In this document: in pieces, positions 23,241 through 34,001 of the stretch
Numbering within the stretch: the first letter of the stretch is position 1
How the letters are laid out: the number at the start of each line of letters is the position of its first letter
Assembly: GCA_965112735.1 (NCBI GenBank)
Contig: OZ218961.1
Span: 1-64,000 of the forward strand
Origin: Phaeosaccion multiseriatum
Taxonomy: Eukaryota > Protista > Ochrophyta, other classes
Length of the DNA: 64,000 nt
Direction of reading: 5' to 3'
Notes under the pieces: model-generated
The model's database searches: none
Told to the model about the DNA's origin: nothing
The model's input: the letters and a program-made list of their open reading frames with translations, nothing else
Made by a program: the position numbers and the translations under genes

Positions 23241-24384
23241 AGCTTCCCCAGGCGGAGGCAGAGGCCACCCTCAGAGCCGCGCAGGGGGGCGTCGTCGAGG
23301 CACTCCGAATCCTCGTGCGATAGAAGCGGCTCTGCGGCTCCTGCTGCTCTTCCATCCCTCACCCGCCCCTGTCTGCCTCCCACGCTTGCTTTCACTGACC
23401 TACTGGTGCACTAGCACTGGCTCGGCTCGCTGCGTGCTGGGTGGGGCGTGGATGAGCAAGGGCCCTCGACGGGTGTAGTTGGAGAAGAAGCGCCCTCGAT
23501 GACAGCTGCAGCAGTGAGAAGGAAAGGCCTGTCGCGAGCAGAGCTGGGGCTGGAGCCTCTTCGTCGAGCGTTGAGGCGTGAGAGCAAGCAAGCGTTGGTT
23601 GTGGCGTGACAAAGAGGAGCGCTCCGTCTGGTCTTGGCATATCCCACCTCCTGCAAAGGAGGGAAAGGGACGTGTCCATGCTCAGCCCAGCCATGCGGTA
23701 ACGCATCGCTCCACAGATTCAGGTCCTGACCCCTCCTACTGTACTCGGCCTCTGTGGAGCCCGAGGCGGCGAGGGGCTTGAGAGTGGTCACAGGCTGGCA
23801 GCGACGGAGGGGGCGCCGGTCTAGTCTTGTCGCAGGCGATGGCGATGGCCGAGAGGCACCCGCAGCGGAGGGCCGGGGCGATGATACTCTCACAAGAGCG
23901 GAGGGAGGCCTCTGAGGCCACCAGCAGAGGCCCTAACCCTAACCCAAAGGCCACCAGCAGAGGCCCTAACCCTAACCCAAAGGCCACTAGCAGAGGCCCT
24001 CAGACGCCTCACTCCGCTCTGAGGTGCCTTCGCTCCTGTCTGCACATCTGCCCAGCCTGGCTATGCAGGAAATTGAAACTCTTTGCTACTCAGTTAGCGT
24101 AACACTGAGAAACGTAACACTGAATGGAGAAAACCCTCTTTCCTCCACGACGTACCTTGTATCGTGAGCAGGCCGACTCAGGCCGATGGTCTGGGGGGGG
24201 GGTCCGACGGCTCGTGACATACGTGAAACTGTGGTTTTCTGTTTTCTAGTTTTGGTCCTCCCACGATCAACCCCGAGCATAGGGTTGCTGTATGAGAAAG
24301 CCCTTTCTTGTTCAGAGCCATGGCCGTCGTCTCTGCTTATACCCACGATAAGATACAGTGGTGATGGGAGATCTTCGTTGTAAA

Positions 24385-25812
24385 ATGGGCACTGGGCGTG
24401 TGAAGGGGAAGGGGAAGGCAGTGGTGACAGTCGTGGTGAGTGTGGCGTTTTTCGCTGTCCTAGCGTGGTGGGCTCGTCCACTGTATGCCACGATCTTCCT
24501 GGGGGAACGAGATGAGAGGCTTGCTGTTGCCGCCCGTCCAGTGCCCCAGCACAATCATGCCGACCATCTCTCCTCTGGTCGTATCCACGCTCGAGGGCTG
24601 GGCGCGGGTGGGCAGTGGGGGGAGCTCCTCGGCAGCAGAGCAGCTTGGCGAGAAGCAGCAGGCGTACACCACCCCCCACTGAAAAGCAGCTCTCGCAAGG
24701 CTGGTTTTCACGCCTTCTACCATCACGCCAAGAAGAAGCGTCAAAAGCCTCAACAAGAAGAGGAGGGAGAAGAAGGGGTTGAAGCCATCAAGGGAGAAGA
24801 ACCACCTCTCGTCGAGGGGCACGTTCCTGAGGACGACGGATGCAGTGCCCTTCTAGTGGCGACCAACTCCACCTTGCTCAATGCACAGGTGCATCGCCTC
24901 AAAGTCGCTCCAGAACGGTTCGAGTTTCTCCACATTGGCAAGGCCGGAGGTGGGACCATCAAGGAGCGCTACGAGCAGTGGTGGAAGCTCGGTCTGTCAC
25001 GCATTCACCCCAGGCCGAACCCCAAGGTCTTCAAAGCAGACGCTGAGACCTTCCTCGCGCTATCGTTAAGGGATCCTGTGGACCGCTTCGTGTCGGGCTT
25101 TTACTGGAGAATCTTCTTGATGAAGCAATGCGAGGAGGGGCAGCAGGGCAACAGCAACGCGAAGAGTACAGAAGACCATTGTAGGCTTCATGTACAGAAA
25201 GATGAGTATAATGTGCTGTTCACTGTCCACAAGCAAAACGTAAACTCATTAGCTGAGAGGCTCTGCACTGATCACCGGGACTATGAGGACGCCACGCAAC
25301 ACGTGCTGAAGATCGGCCACTTGCGAAGCTCCATCCAAGACTGGCTGGGGAAGAATGCTTGGAAGAAGAAGGCCAACCTGATTACCCCCATCGTTCTGGA
25401 GCCCGGCTTCAACATGATGTCGCAGATCGATGACGCGATGCAGTGGCTCAACACCAAGCTCAACTTTGAGGCGGACCCCCAGGCCTGGGCCGCTCGAGAA
25501 ACGCACGTACAGCTCAAGGACTGCGAGGTGAAGGTGAAGGAGGCCAAGGAGCTCGCCACCCAAGCAACCCCTTCCGATTCCGATTCCGATTCCACTTCTG
25601 ATTCCGATTCCCGTTCCAAGCAGTACGATTCGACGCATTCGTCCGCGGGGCTGAGCACCCGCGTGCCCTTGTCTGCGGCAGGAGAGAGGTGCCTGCTGCA
25701 GTACTATGAGGCGGACTACGCCACCCTGAGGGCCCTGAGGGACACGGCGTGCAAGACGAGGGAGTGCAAGAGGGCTGTCAAGGCCATGCTGCAGCGCCGG
25801 GACTTGTGGTGA
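24385..25812 (+). CDS. Second type II membrane sulfotransferase, intronless
   Basis: TM anchor, 'FEFLHIGKAGGGTI' (5'-PSB), 'LSLRDPVDRFVSGFYW' (3'-PB) and C-terminal 'YYEADY'. Confidence 0.8.
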   Translation: MGTGRVKGKGKAVVTVVVSVAFFAVLAWWARPLYATIFLGERDERLAVAARPVPQHNHADHLSSGRIHARGLGAGGQWGELLGSRAAWREAAGVHHPPLKSSSRKAGFHAFYHHAKKKRQKPQQEEEGEEGVEAIKGEEPPLVEGHVPEDDGCSALLVATNSTLLNAQVHRLKVAPERFEFLHIGKAGGGTIKERYEQWWKLGLSRIHPRPNPKVFKADAETFLALSLRDPVDRFVSGFYWRIFLMKQCEEGQQGNSNAKSTEDHCRLHVQKDEYNVLFTVHKQNVNSLAERLCTDHRDYEDATQHVLKIGHLRSSIQDWLGKNAWKKKANLITPIVLEPGFNMMSQIDDAMQWLNTKLNFEADPQAWAARETHVQLKDCEVKVKEAKELATQATPSDSDSDSTSDSDSRSKQYDSTHSSAGLSTRVPLSAAGERCLLQYYEADYATLRALRDTACKTRECKRAVKAMLQRRDLW

Positions 25813-26310
25813 GGAACCAACTGTGAGTGGGGTTGTTGCGTATCCACGTGGAACAGGAATAATAGGAGGGGCTGTACCGAAGCTCTACAACCACCACCGC
25901 CTCTCTCCCTTCTTCCCTCCGGGGTGGAAATTATGTTTTAGGTATTTTAGACAAGGACAGTGTATACTTGGTCTGTAAGGCGCAGATCGATACCGCTCTT
26001 ATAGCCTTACCACTCGCCTGTTAATACGTTTCTTTGCCAAATAGGAGGGGGGGGACGTGGGCATGTGTACAATACGCAAACAACTTATTTGGGGGGTAAA
26101 TCAGTGAAGTTGTTATATAAATATATGATCAAGAGGGGACACGGTGTGCCCCGCCTTGCCTCCCCTCAGCCCGCAGGAGGCTCCAAGGGCAAGGGGGAAG
26201 CCTTTGGCCCTTTGGCCTTCATGCCCTCATGCACCCATTGTTGCCGAGGCCCAATCCGAGGCCCAATCATCCCCCCCAGAGCTTAATTCAAATAGGGGTG
26301 GACCCAGTCG

Positions 26311-26342
<32 letters not shown>

Positions 26343-26929
26343 GGAGGACTCCTCAATCACCCTCAATCACCCCCCCCCCTCAGCCGCCGTGCGTCCGTCA
26401 CCTCAAGTCAGTTTGGGGGTGCTGTTTGGGGGGGCTACAGCACAGCACAATCAGAGGGCTCCTTGCGTGTCGCTGTCTGGGGGTTGTGCGTGTCCGTGTG
26501 CGTGTGTGTGTGCGTGCGTACCCGTTCGGGGCAGACAGACAGACAGACCGACGGGCAGAGAGCGTTGGTGGAGGCGCGCGCTGCAAGCTGCCTCCAGGGC
26601 CAACAGGACTGGAACAGTTCGCAGTTTGCAGTTTCAGGCTCAGAGGCTGTGCAGGAGCTGCTCCTCGCCCCCCGCTGGTGTGCCGCGGCTGAGAGCAGGT
26701 GTTGGCGTAGGCCGTTCGAGCAGTCGCTTTCGTAAGGGCTCACGTGGGCCTAACGTACATATAGCAGAGATGTTCCCCCACGGGAGCGTGAAGGTGAGAG
26801 CCTGGCAAGTCTCCACTATTGTTCCGCGGACCACCCACTGTGTCTGTATCGCCGATTGCCCACAAGAGGCATCAGTGAGGTGCGGGTGCGCGCGTGGTTC
26901 ACCACCCCCCACCACGGCACTACAGCACG

Positions 26930-27015
26930 TCAATTACCTCCCGTCTCCTCTGACTCTGCTGCTCCTTGTGCTGCTGCTGGAACGCCTGCCTCTTGCTGTC
27001 CCACCCCCTGCCCCC

Positions 27016-27060
<45 letters not shown>

Positions 27061-27793
27061 TCCTGCTCGCCCTCCCGGCCCTGAGGTCTCGGAGCTGCTG
27101 CTGCAGGGCCTGCACTCGGTAGGCAAGGTCCGCCGCCACCAGCACACATCCCATGGCCCTTCCGAAGTCCTTTGCGGCGCTCTTGAGCGGCCGAGGCACC
27201 AACCCACCGAACAGCACGAGAGGGTCGTTGGGGCCTACGCCGCCGCTGCTGCTGCTGCTGCCCTCCCCTCCTCCTCCTTCTCGGCCGTCGCTATTGTCAG
27301 CTGCCATCGAGGCAGAAGAGGCGGTAGCAGCAGAAGCAGCAGCGCCTGTGGCAGGGATAGTGCCGGACGTGAGAGACTCCCTCCTCTTGCGCAGCGCCAC
27401 GCCACCGCCCGCCGGACCCGCCACCAGAGAGGAGCCACGCCGCCGCCGGCTGAAGATGCCCCCCGGAGGAAGCGACGCCCGAATGCTGTCTCCTCCTCCT
27501 CCTCCCCCTCCTCCTTGCCGGACTTTGTCGTCCATGGAGAGCTCGTAAGACGCCTGCAGGTCTTCTCTGGCGTTGAGCACGGACACCGACCTGCCCGCAG
27601 AGCCCATGCGCGCCTTGGTGAGGTTGAAGAAGCCCGTCTTGACGCAGCGGTTGAGGTCTGCGCGGATGTTGCACAGGTCCTCTGCTGTGTCGAGGAGGGC
27701 GAGCAAGAGGTCGTCCTCTCGCTTCGCCTCCGCCGCCTCCGTGGCCTCCGCCACCGGTAAGTTCGCAGACGGCAAGAGCGCAGCAGACATCAT
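26930..27793 (-). CDS. CCDC115: V-ATPase assembly factor VMA22/CCDC115 homologue
   Basis: 'L...L...GFFNLTKAR', 'LRKRR' and 'DPLVLFGGLVPRPLKSAAKDF' are family signatures; intronless. Confidence 0.8.
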
Positions 27794-28039
27794 GGCACCT
27801 CTCACCTGCCCCTTCTTTCCTCTCTTCACAAGCGGATGAAGCTGTAGAAAACGGGAAATGGAGGGGAATGTTGGGTGGGGATGGCAGTGGAAGGTTGTTA
27901 ACGAGGCGTCTGAGCAGAAGAAGAAACTTCATAGAGCTAGAGGCTTAAAGCCTCGAAACACGCCATCCCCCGTGGTCTCACGGGTCCCCTTTACACTGTA
28001 TCACTACTTCGCTACGTTCTTCACCGCTACTCAGAGAGA

Positions 28040-29651
28040 ATGGCTGCAGCTCTGGCCTTCTGCCCGTGCCTTAAAGGCCTGGTCGCTGACTGGGAGCGCT
28101 CCTCGGAGAGGAAGGCAACCAAGCACAGGTTGAGAGCAGGGGGCGAGTTCTCGAGGAGAGCCAAGTGGTTCGGGGTCGGGATGGGAAACGCCAAGGTCGT
28201 CGCAAGGCTGCACGCGGAGGTGAGAGCGGGGAGAGAGGGAGGGAGGGAAGAGACACGGAGGGAGGAGGGGGGGGGGGGCTGTTCGGCTGGATCCGCCTTC
28301 TTTACGCTGTCTTCCTGCTCAAGACCAAGGTCTCCATGTGTCCATCTCGAATTAATGTCCCCAAATGCCCCTGAACGTTTCCAGGCGGACACGGTGCTGC
28401 AGTGGCGCGAGCTCGACAAAGAGGACTGGCGAGAAGTCGACCTCCTCGATGTTAAAGTAGGTGCCTTACTCCAGTACAGTGTATAGGGATCTTGACGGTA
28501 TAGTGCCTTCCTTGCCCTGATATATGTGGATAGAGTACGTATGAGTATCTTCCATCCCTCCCCGCACATCTCAGCCAGCCGCCACTTCTTCCTCAGCGAC
28601 TCAGCGGGGGGGGGCAAGACGACACCCCATGCAGTGTGATTGAGTCATGCCTCACCCCTTGAAGGCTTGCCTCCCCCACGGAAGGATTCAATAATTCCTC
28701 CCCCCTTGAAGGCTTACCCCCTAGGAATGAAATGATGAGCGAGTTTTGCCCTGGTGCTGTGCTGCTGTATCACTAACTGCTCCAGGTGGTGGACAAGAGC
28801 GGCGACAAGGGTCTCTCTCTGGTCTCGCGCACGGGCGACTTGCTGCTGCAGCTCGAGGCGGGGCAGGCAGAGACGAGGGACACTTGGGCAGACGACCTCA
28901 CTGTGCTGTGCCAAGAGCTCCGGTGAGGAGGAGGGGGGGTGCTACTGTACTGCAGTTGTTCGTGATAGCACTACATCAATTGGTGGTACAGCATGCCATG
29001 CTCTTGGTTCTGTGAAGCGGGACCATTCGCTCCACTCTTCTGCTCTTGACGCATGCAATGCTATATCGCCAACTCCTGCTGTATCTCATCACCAACTGCT
29101 CAGGGAGAACCCTCTGGCCCGGCGGGAGGCGACTCAATCGGTGAAGGACCGCCTCAAGTCGCAGGCTGTGAAGCAGGCACACACGCAGCAGAGGCAGCTC
29201 GAGCTTGCCAGAGCCAAGAGGGACGCGGAGGCACGCAAGGCGCAGCACATGGAGGGTCTCAAGGGGCTGCAGTACACCGCCATTGTGAGTTGTGAGTAGT
29301 GAGTGGGTTGGTGATGTACACCGCCAGTTGGGAGTGAATGTGTTTGTCATACTATACCCCGCCAGTTGGAAGCCTCAGCATCAGAGCCTTACCTAACGTG
29401 GCAAAGAGAGGTGCAACGGAGGGAAGGCACCTCACTTGCAGTTTCCGTTTCAGTTTCATGTTTCAGCCTGCGGTCGTAGGCAACTGTGAAGGGAGTGGGC
29501 CTGTGCCTTGACAAGCTGTGCACACACTAGGCAGTGGCACACGCTATGTCCCTCACCCATAAACCCCTCACCCCTCACCCCGTCCTGTGCTGCTGCTGTG
29601 TGGCGTGTGTGCGTCTATGGCAATGAGCAGGCGATGGCCAACCGCCCTTGA
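28040..29651 (+). CDS. Small PH-like-domain protein with C-terminal coiled coil (5 exons)
   Basis: Exons 28040-28219, 28385-28456, 28786-28922, 29104-29284, 29631-29651, frame-consistent GT-AG. 'LQLEA...TRDTWADDL' resembles a PH C-terminal helix; ends 'GLQYTAIAMANRP'. Confidence 0.65.
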
Positions 29652-30803
29652 CCCAAACGATGAGCGGCAAGCTCCTTTCGTGCCCTTGACCCAAACGATG
29701 CCTCTACTTGGGCTCTTCCAGCCCCACAGAAAGGTGTGGGGAGGGCGGGGGGGGGGCTGAAGGAGGCAGCGAGGAGCTTACTGACATTAGTGTCAACAGA
29801 AAGCGCACAGCGTAAGGCACACACACGGCAAAGCAGAGGTGATACAGCAGAGGCAGTCGCCAGCAGAGAAGGAGACTCCCTCTGCAGCGACACTTCACTC
29901 ACTCCCTCAGCACGAGCAGCAGCGGGTGTCAGGACAGGACCGTGGCTATGGAGGCCTCTGGACCTCCATACCGAGGCCTCAGGAAGTCTTCGAACGTCTT
30001 CACAAGAGCTCTATTCACACAAGCTCTGGGCCGTATTCTAGCGAAGGCCCCAAGGACCTTAGGGTTAGCGTCTCTGAGCCGCTGGAGCTCGTTGGGCTCG
30101 TTGGGCTCATTGGGTTATGGAGCTGCCACAGCACGGCACAGGAGCTCATCCACCCGTGCCTACGTGCCACCACCTGCTGCTCCTGTGCTTGGGCAAGCCT
30201 CAGAAGGCTCCAGTCGGTGCTGCTTGCTGTTTCACTTCAGCCTTCACCTCACCTCACCTCACCTCACGTCACCTCACGGATGAAATGCTCCGCTCTGCTC
30301 TCTTCTCGCGCTGACACTTCATAAGCAGCAGCAGCCGCAGTAGCAGCAGTTGGTGATACGGCATGAGGAGCAGCAGCAGTTGGTGCGACGGCATGAGGAG
30401 TAGAAGCAGCCGGTGAAACAGCAACAGCATGTGCTAGTGCAGCAGATGGTGATACAGCAGCAGCATGTGCTAGTGCAGCAGATGGTGATACAGCAGCACT
30501 GGTGCTAGTGTGTGCAGCACTGGGGGGCACGAGTTGGTGACACAGTGACAGGGGCGTGCGGCAAAAAGGTTGCCCTCTCTTTCCCCTCGGGGGGATAGAG
30601 GGGAGAAGGGCCGATTCGATTCTACATTCAGTCGGATGCATTGTCCACTGAAGCTTTACGTTTCAGTTGCAGTTTATGAAGTCCTTACCACCCATGTCGA
30701 TCGAGAAACCGATATATTGTACTGCATTGGTTCACTCACCCTGCCCCTCCTTACGTGGGCGAATGAGCCTAAACTCCAACTCCCTCCCCCCTCACTAATG
30801 CCT

Positions 30804-32174
30804 TCACAGCTCCTCCTTGCAGCGCTGGTTGAGCTGATCGGTGGTCAGCCCAAGCATCTGGTCCCTCCTGAGCCCCGCCGCCTCCAGCTGCCCCACCACC
30901 GTCTCGAACACGGTCCCGTGCGTGCTCTGCACCCCCTGCAGCAGAGCCTCGAGCCTCCTCCTGCTGTCCTCATCCACCAGCTGCCTCCCCCACAGCTCCT
31001 CCCGCGTCTCGGCCGAAAGGTGCGTGGGGGGTTGGACAGCAGCGCCGTCGCCAGCACCAGCACCAGCAGCGGCAGTTGGTGGTACGGCAGTAGGGGGGTC
31101 GATCCCCAGCCCGGCGGCGAGGTCCGCGTCTTCCTGCTCGCTGGTCTGGTACACCATGCATTGCAGAAGGCCGAACAGCAGCACGGGAACGTTCTCGGAC
31201 CCTTCCCCAAGCAGCACGGGGTGCCCCTGCTCGGCGAGGGAGATGACGTATCTGTGGCAGTCGTGCGCCTCTATAATGTCCTCTCGGATAGGGAGGAGGG
31301 ACAGGAGTTGACCCATGAGCCCCACTCGCTCCATGCCCCCCGGGAGGCGCACCGAGGGCCTGTGGATCAGGATCTGGGGGGGGGGGGGGGGCAAAACAAG
31401 GCGCACACACACGCACACTCTCTCAGACACCCACACGCAGACACACATGCACACACACACACACCCTTTCCTCCCCTCACCTTGATGCATGCAGAGACTG
31501 CGTTCTCCACATCCGTGCCCCCCTCCCCCGTGCTCTGCGCGGCCCGAATCATGGCCAGCAGCGCCTCCAACGCCTCCCCTCCAACACTTTGAGTCTGGCT
31601 ACTCTGCGCCAGCTGTGACTGTGACCCCCCCCCGTCGAAGTGCGCCCCTCTGTGTCCCTCTGCCATGACGCCAATGCCGTAGGCCGCTGCCTGCCTCATG
31701 CCGCTCTCCTCCCCACCCCCCCGGAGCAAAGCCACGCAGAGGGGCAGGAGGTCCCGTATCAAGTCGTGCCCTCCCTCCCCGCAGTGCTCCACCACGTCAA
31801 TGCACATACACAGCGCACAGGAGCGGAGAGAGTCCGGCAACGGCATGGACTGGCCTGCCTCCTGCTCTCCAGTGCCATGGCCTGCACCGCCTGGCAGCAG
31901 CATGCCCCACACCCAGGCGAAGAGCAGCTCCTGAAAGAGCGGCAGCATGGCTGGGCCCTTGGCCTTGAGCAGCCACCCCAAAGAGTCCGTCACACTGGTC
32001 ATGAGGTCGTCTTCCCACTCCTCCTCCTCCTCGAAGGCATCCTCTCCGATGAATTCGTCCCCTGCGATGATGGCGGCGCGTTGCTGGGAACGGTCAATGG
32101 ATACAATGGCCTTGTCGCGAAGCAGACACACGATGGGCCGCAGGAGGGACTCCGCCACCGGGATGGGCACCCTC

Positions 32175-32206
<32 letters not shown>

Positions 32207-33970
32207 TGCCGTAGTTGGGTTCCCCGCACCTCCCCCATCATCACCCCCCATTGTGCTCTCCCTTGAGATGCGCAGAATGTCGTTGAGAGCGTGGGCCGCC
32301 AAGCAGAGTGCCTCTAGTCCGTCCGCTGCCATCCCCCCCCCCCCCTCGTCCGAGTCGTCCCCTTTCTCGGCCCGAATGGCCTCCATGAGCGCCTCGCAGC
32401 TCCCCTGCAGGATGTTGGCCCCCACCTCAGCTGCAAAGCCCCTCTCCTGCTCTGTGGCCGAGTTGGTGATACGCGTACAAGCGTCGAAGAGCTTAGGGAG
32501 GAGGGCACAGCAGCACGTGCGCACCTGCACGGGGTTCATCTTAAGGGAGGGGAGAGCAGGAGCGGCAGAGAGGGCAGAGGGAGATGTTTGAGATATACCT
32601 CCTCACCCCCACAGGGCCCCAGAGGGAACGGCAGACGCCTCCTTCGCCGCCTTCCTTCGCCACCTGCCTGCCTCCCTGCCTTCCTTCCTGCCTTCGCTAC
32701 CTGCCTGCCTTCCTGCCTTCCTTCCTGCCTTCGCTACCTGCCTGCCTTCCTGCCTTCCTTCCTGCCTTCGCTACCTGCCTGCCTTCCTTCCCGCCTTCCT
32801 GCCTTCCTGCCTTCGCTACCTGCCTGCCTTCCTGCCTTCCTTCCTTCGCTTCGTGCCTGCCTTCCGTCCTTCCTTCCTTCGCTACCTGCCTGCCTGACTG
32901 CCTTCCTTCCTTCGCTACCTGCCTGCCTTCCTGCCTTCCTTCCTTCGCTACCTGCCTGCCTCCCTGCCTTCCTGCCTTCGCTACCTGCCTGCCTTCCTGC
33001 CTTCCTTCCTTCGCTACCTGCCTGCCTGACTGCCTTCCTTCCTTCGCTACCTGCCTGCCTTCCTGCCTTCCTTCCTTCGCTACCTTCCTGCCTTCCTGCC
33101 TTCCTTCCTTCGCTACCTGCCTGCCTTCCAGCCTTCCTTCCTTCGCTACCTGCCTGCCTTCCTGCCTTCCTTCCTTCCTTCCGTCCTTCCTTCCTTCCCT
33201 CCTTCCCTCCTTCCTTCCGTCCTGCAAAAGACCAAGATGACCCTCCCCTCTGCCCTTGCCCATATGACTGCCCTCTCCCCCTCCCCCCCCCTGCCCTAAG
33301 CACTGCCCCACCGCACCTTTCCCTCCTGCAAGCATGCCCTGACGGCGCTGTAGGCCTCCCCTGCGAAGGGCCGTAGATGGCAGCCCATGTTGACGGCGTA
33401 CTGGTACAGCGTCTGCAGCGCCGCTTGCTTCTCCTGCATGGCGGACGTGTTCAGCCCGAAGATCTGCGAGGAGGGTGGGGCAAATGGCAGTCAATGGAGG
33501 TGGATGAAGGGAAGGTGAAGCTTAGGTGAACGACTGAAGCTAAGGTGAAGCTTAGGTGAGCATCTGAAGGTAAGGTGAAGCTTAGGTAAACGTCTGACAT
33601 GAGGGAAAAGGCCACAAGGGGGGGAGGTAAGACGAAGGGTTTTGGGGTTAGACGACATCGATCTTGTCCCTAGTCCTCCCATTTTTCATCCACTGCCATC
33701 CCCCACCTGTGTGCCCAGACCACGTATGTCGCAGCTAATGGCCACCATTCCCTCCGCCTCCATCTCCGCTCGAGCCGCCGCCGGATTGCTCACTCCATCG
33801 TCCTCAAACACCTGATAGAGGCATATGGGGGACAGGAGTTAGAGGCATATGGGGGGGGGGGGGGCGTTCTTCCTCACAGTCGAGGCCACCTGAACACCGA
33901 CACGCAAAGACAGGCACACACACACACAAGCATACACACACGCATACACACACAAACATACACACACAAG

Positions 33971-34001
<31 letters not shown>

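Noticed and set aside
22960-24100. Possible minus-strand gene (ORFs 23041-23893)
   Set aside because: Short overlapping frames with no recognisable domain or consistent splice model, partly minisatellite-derived.
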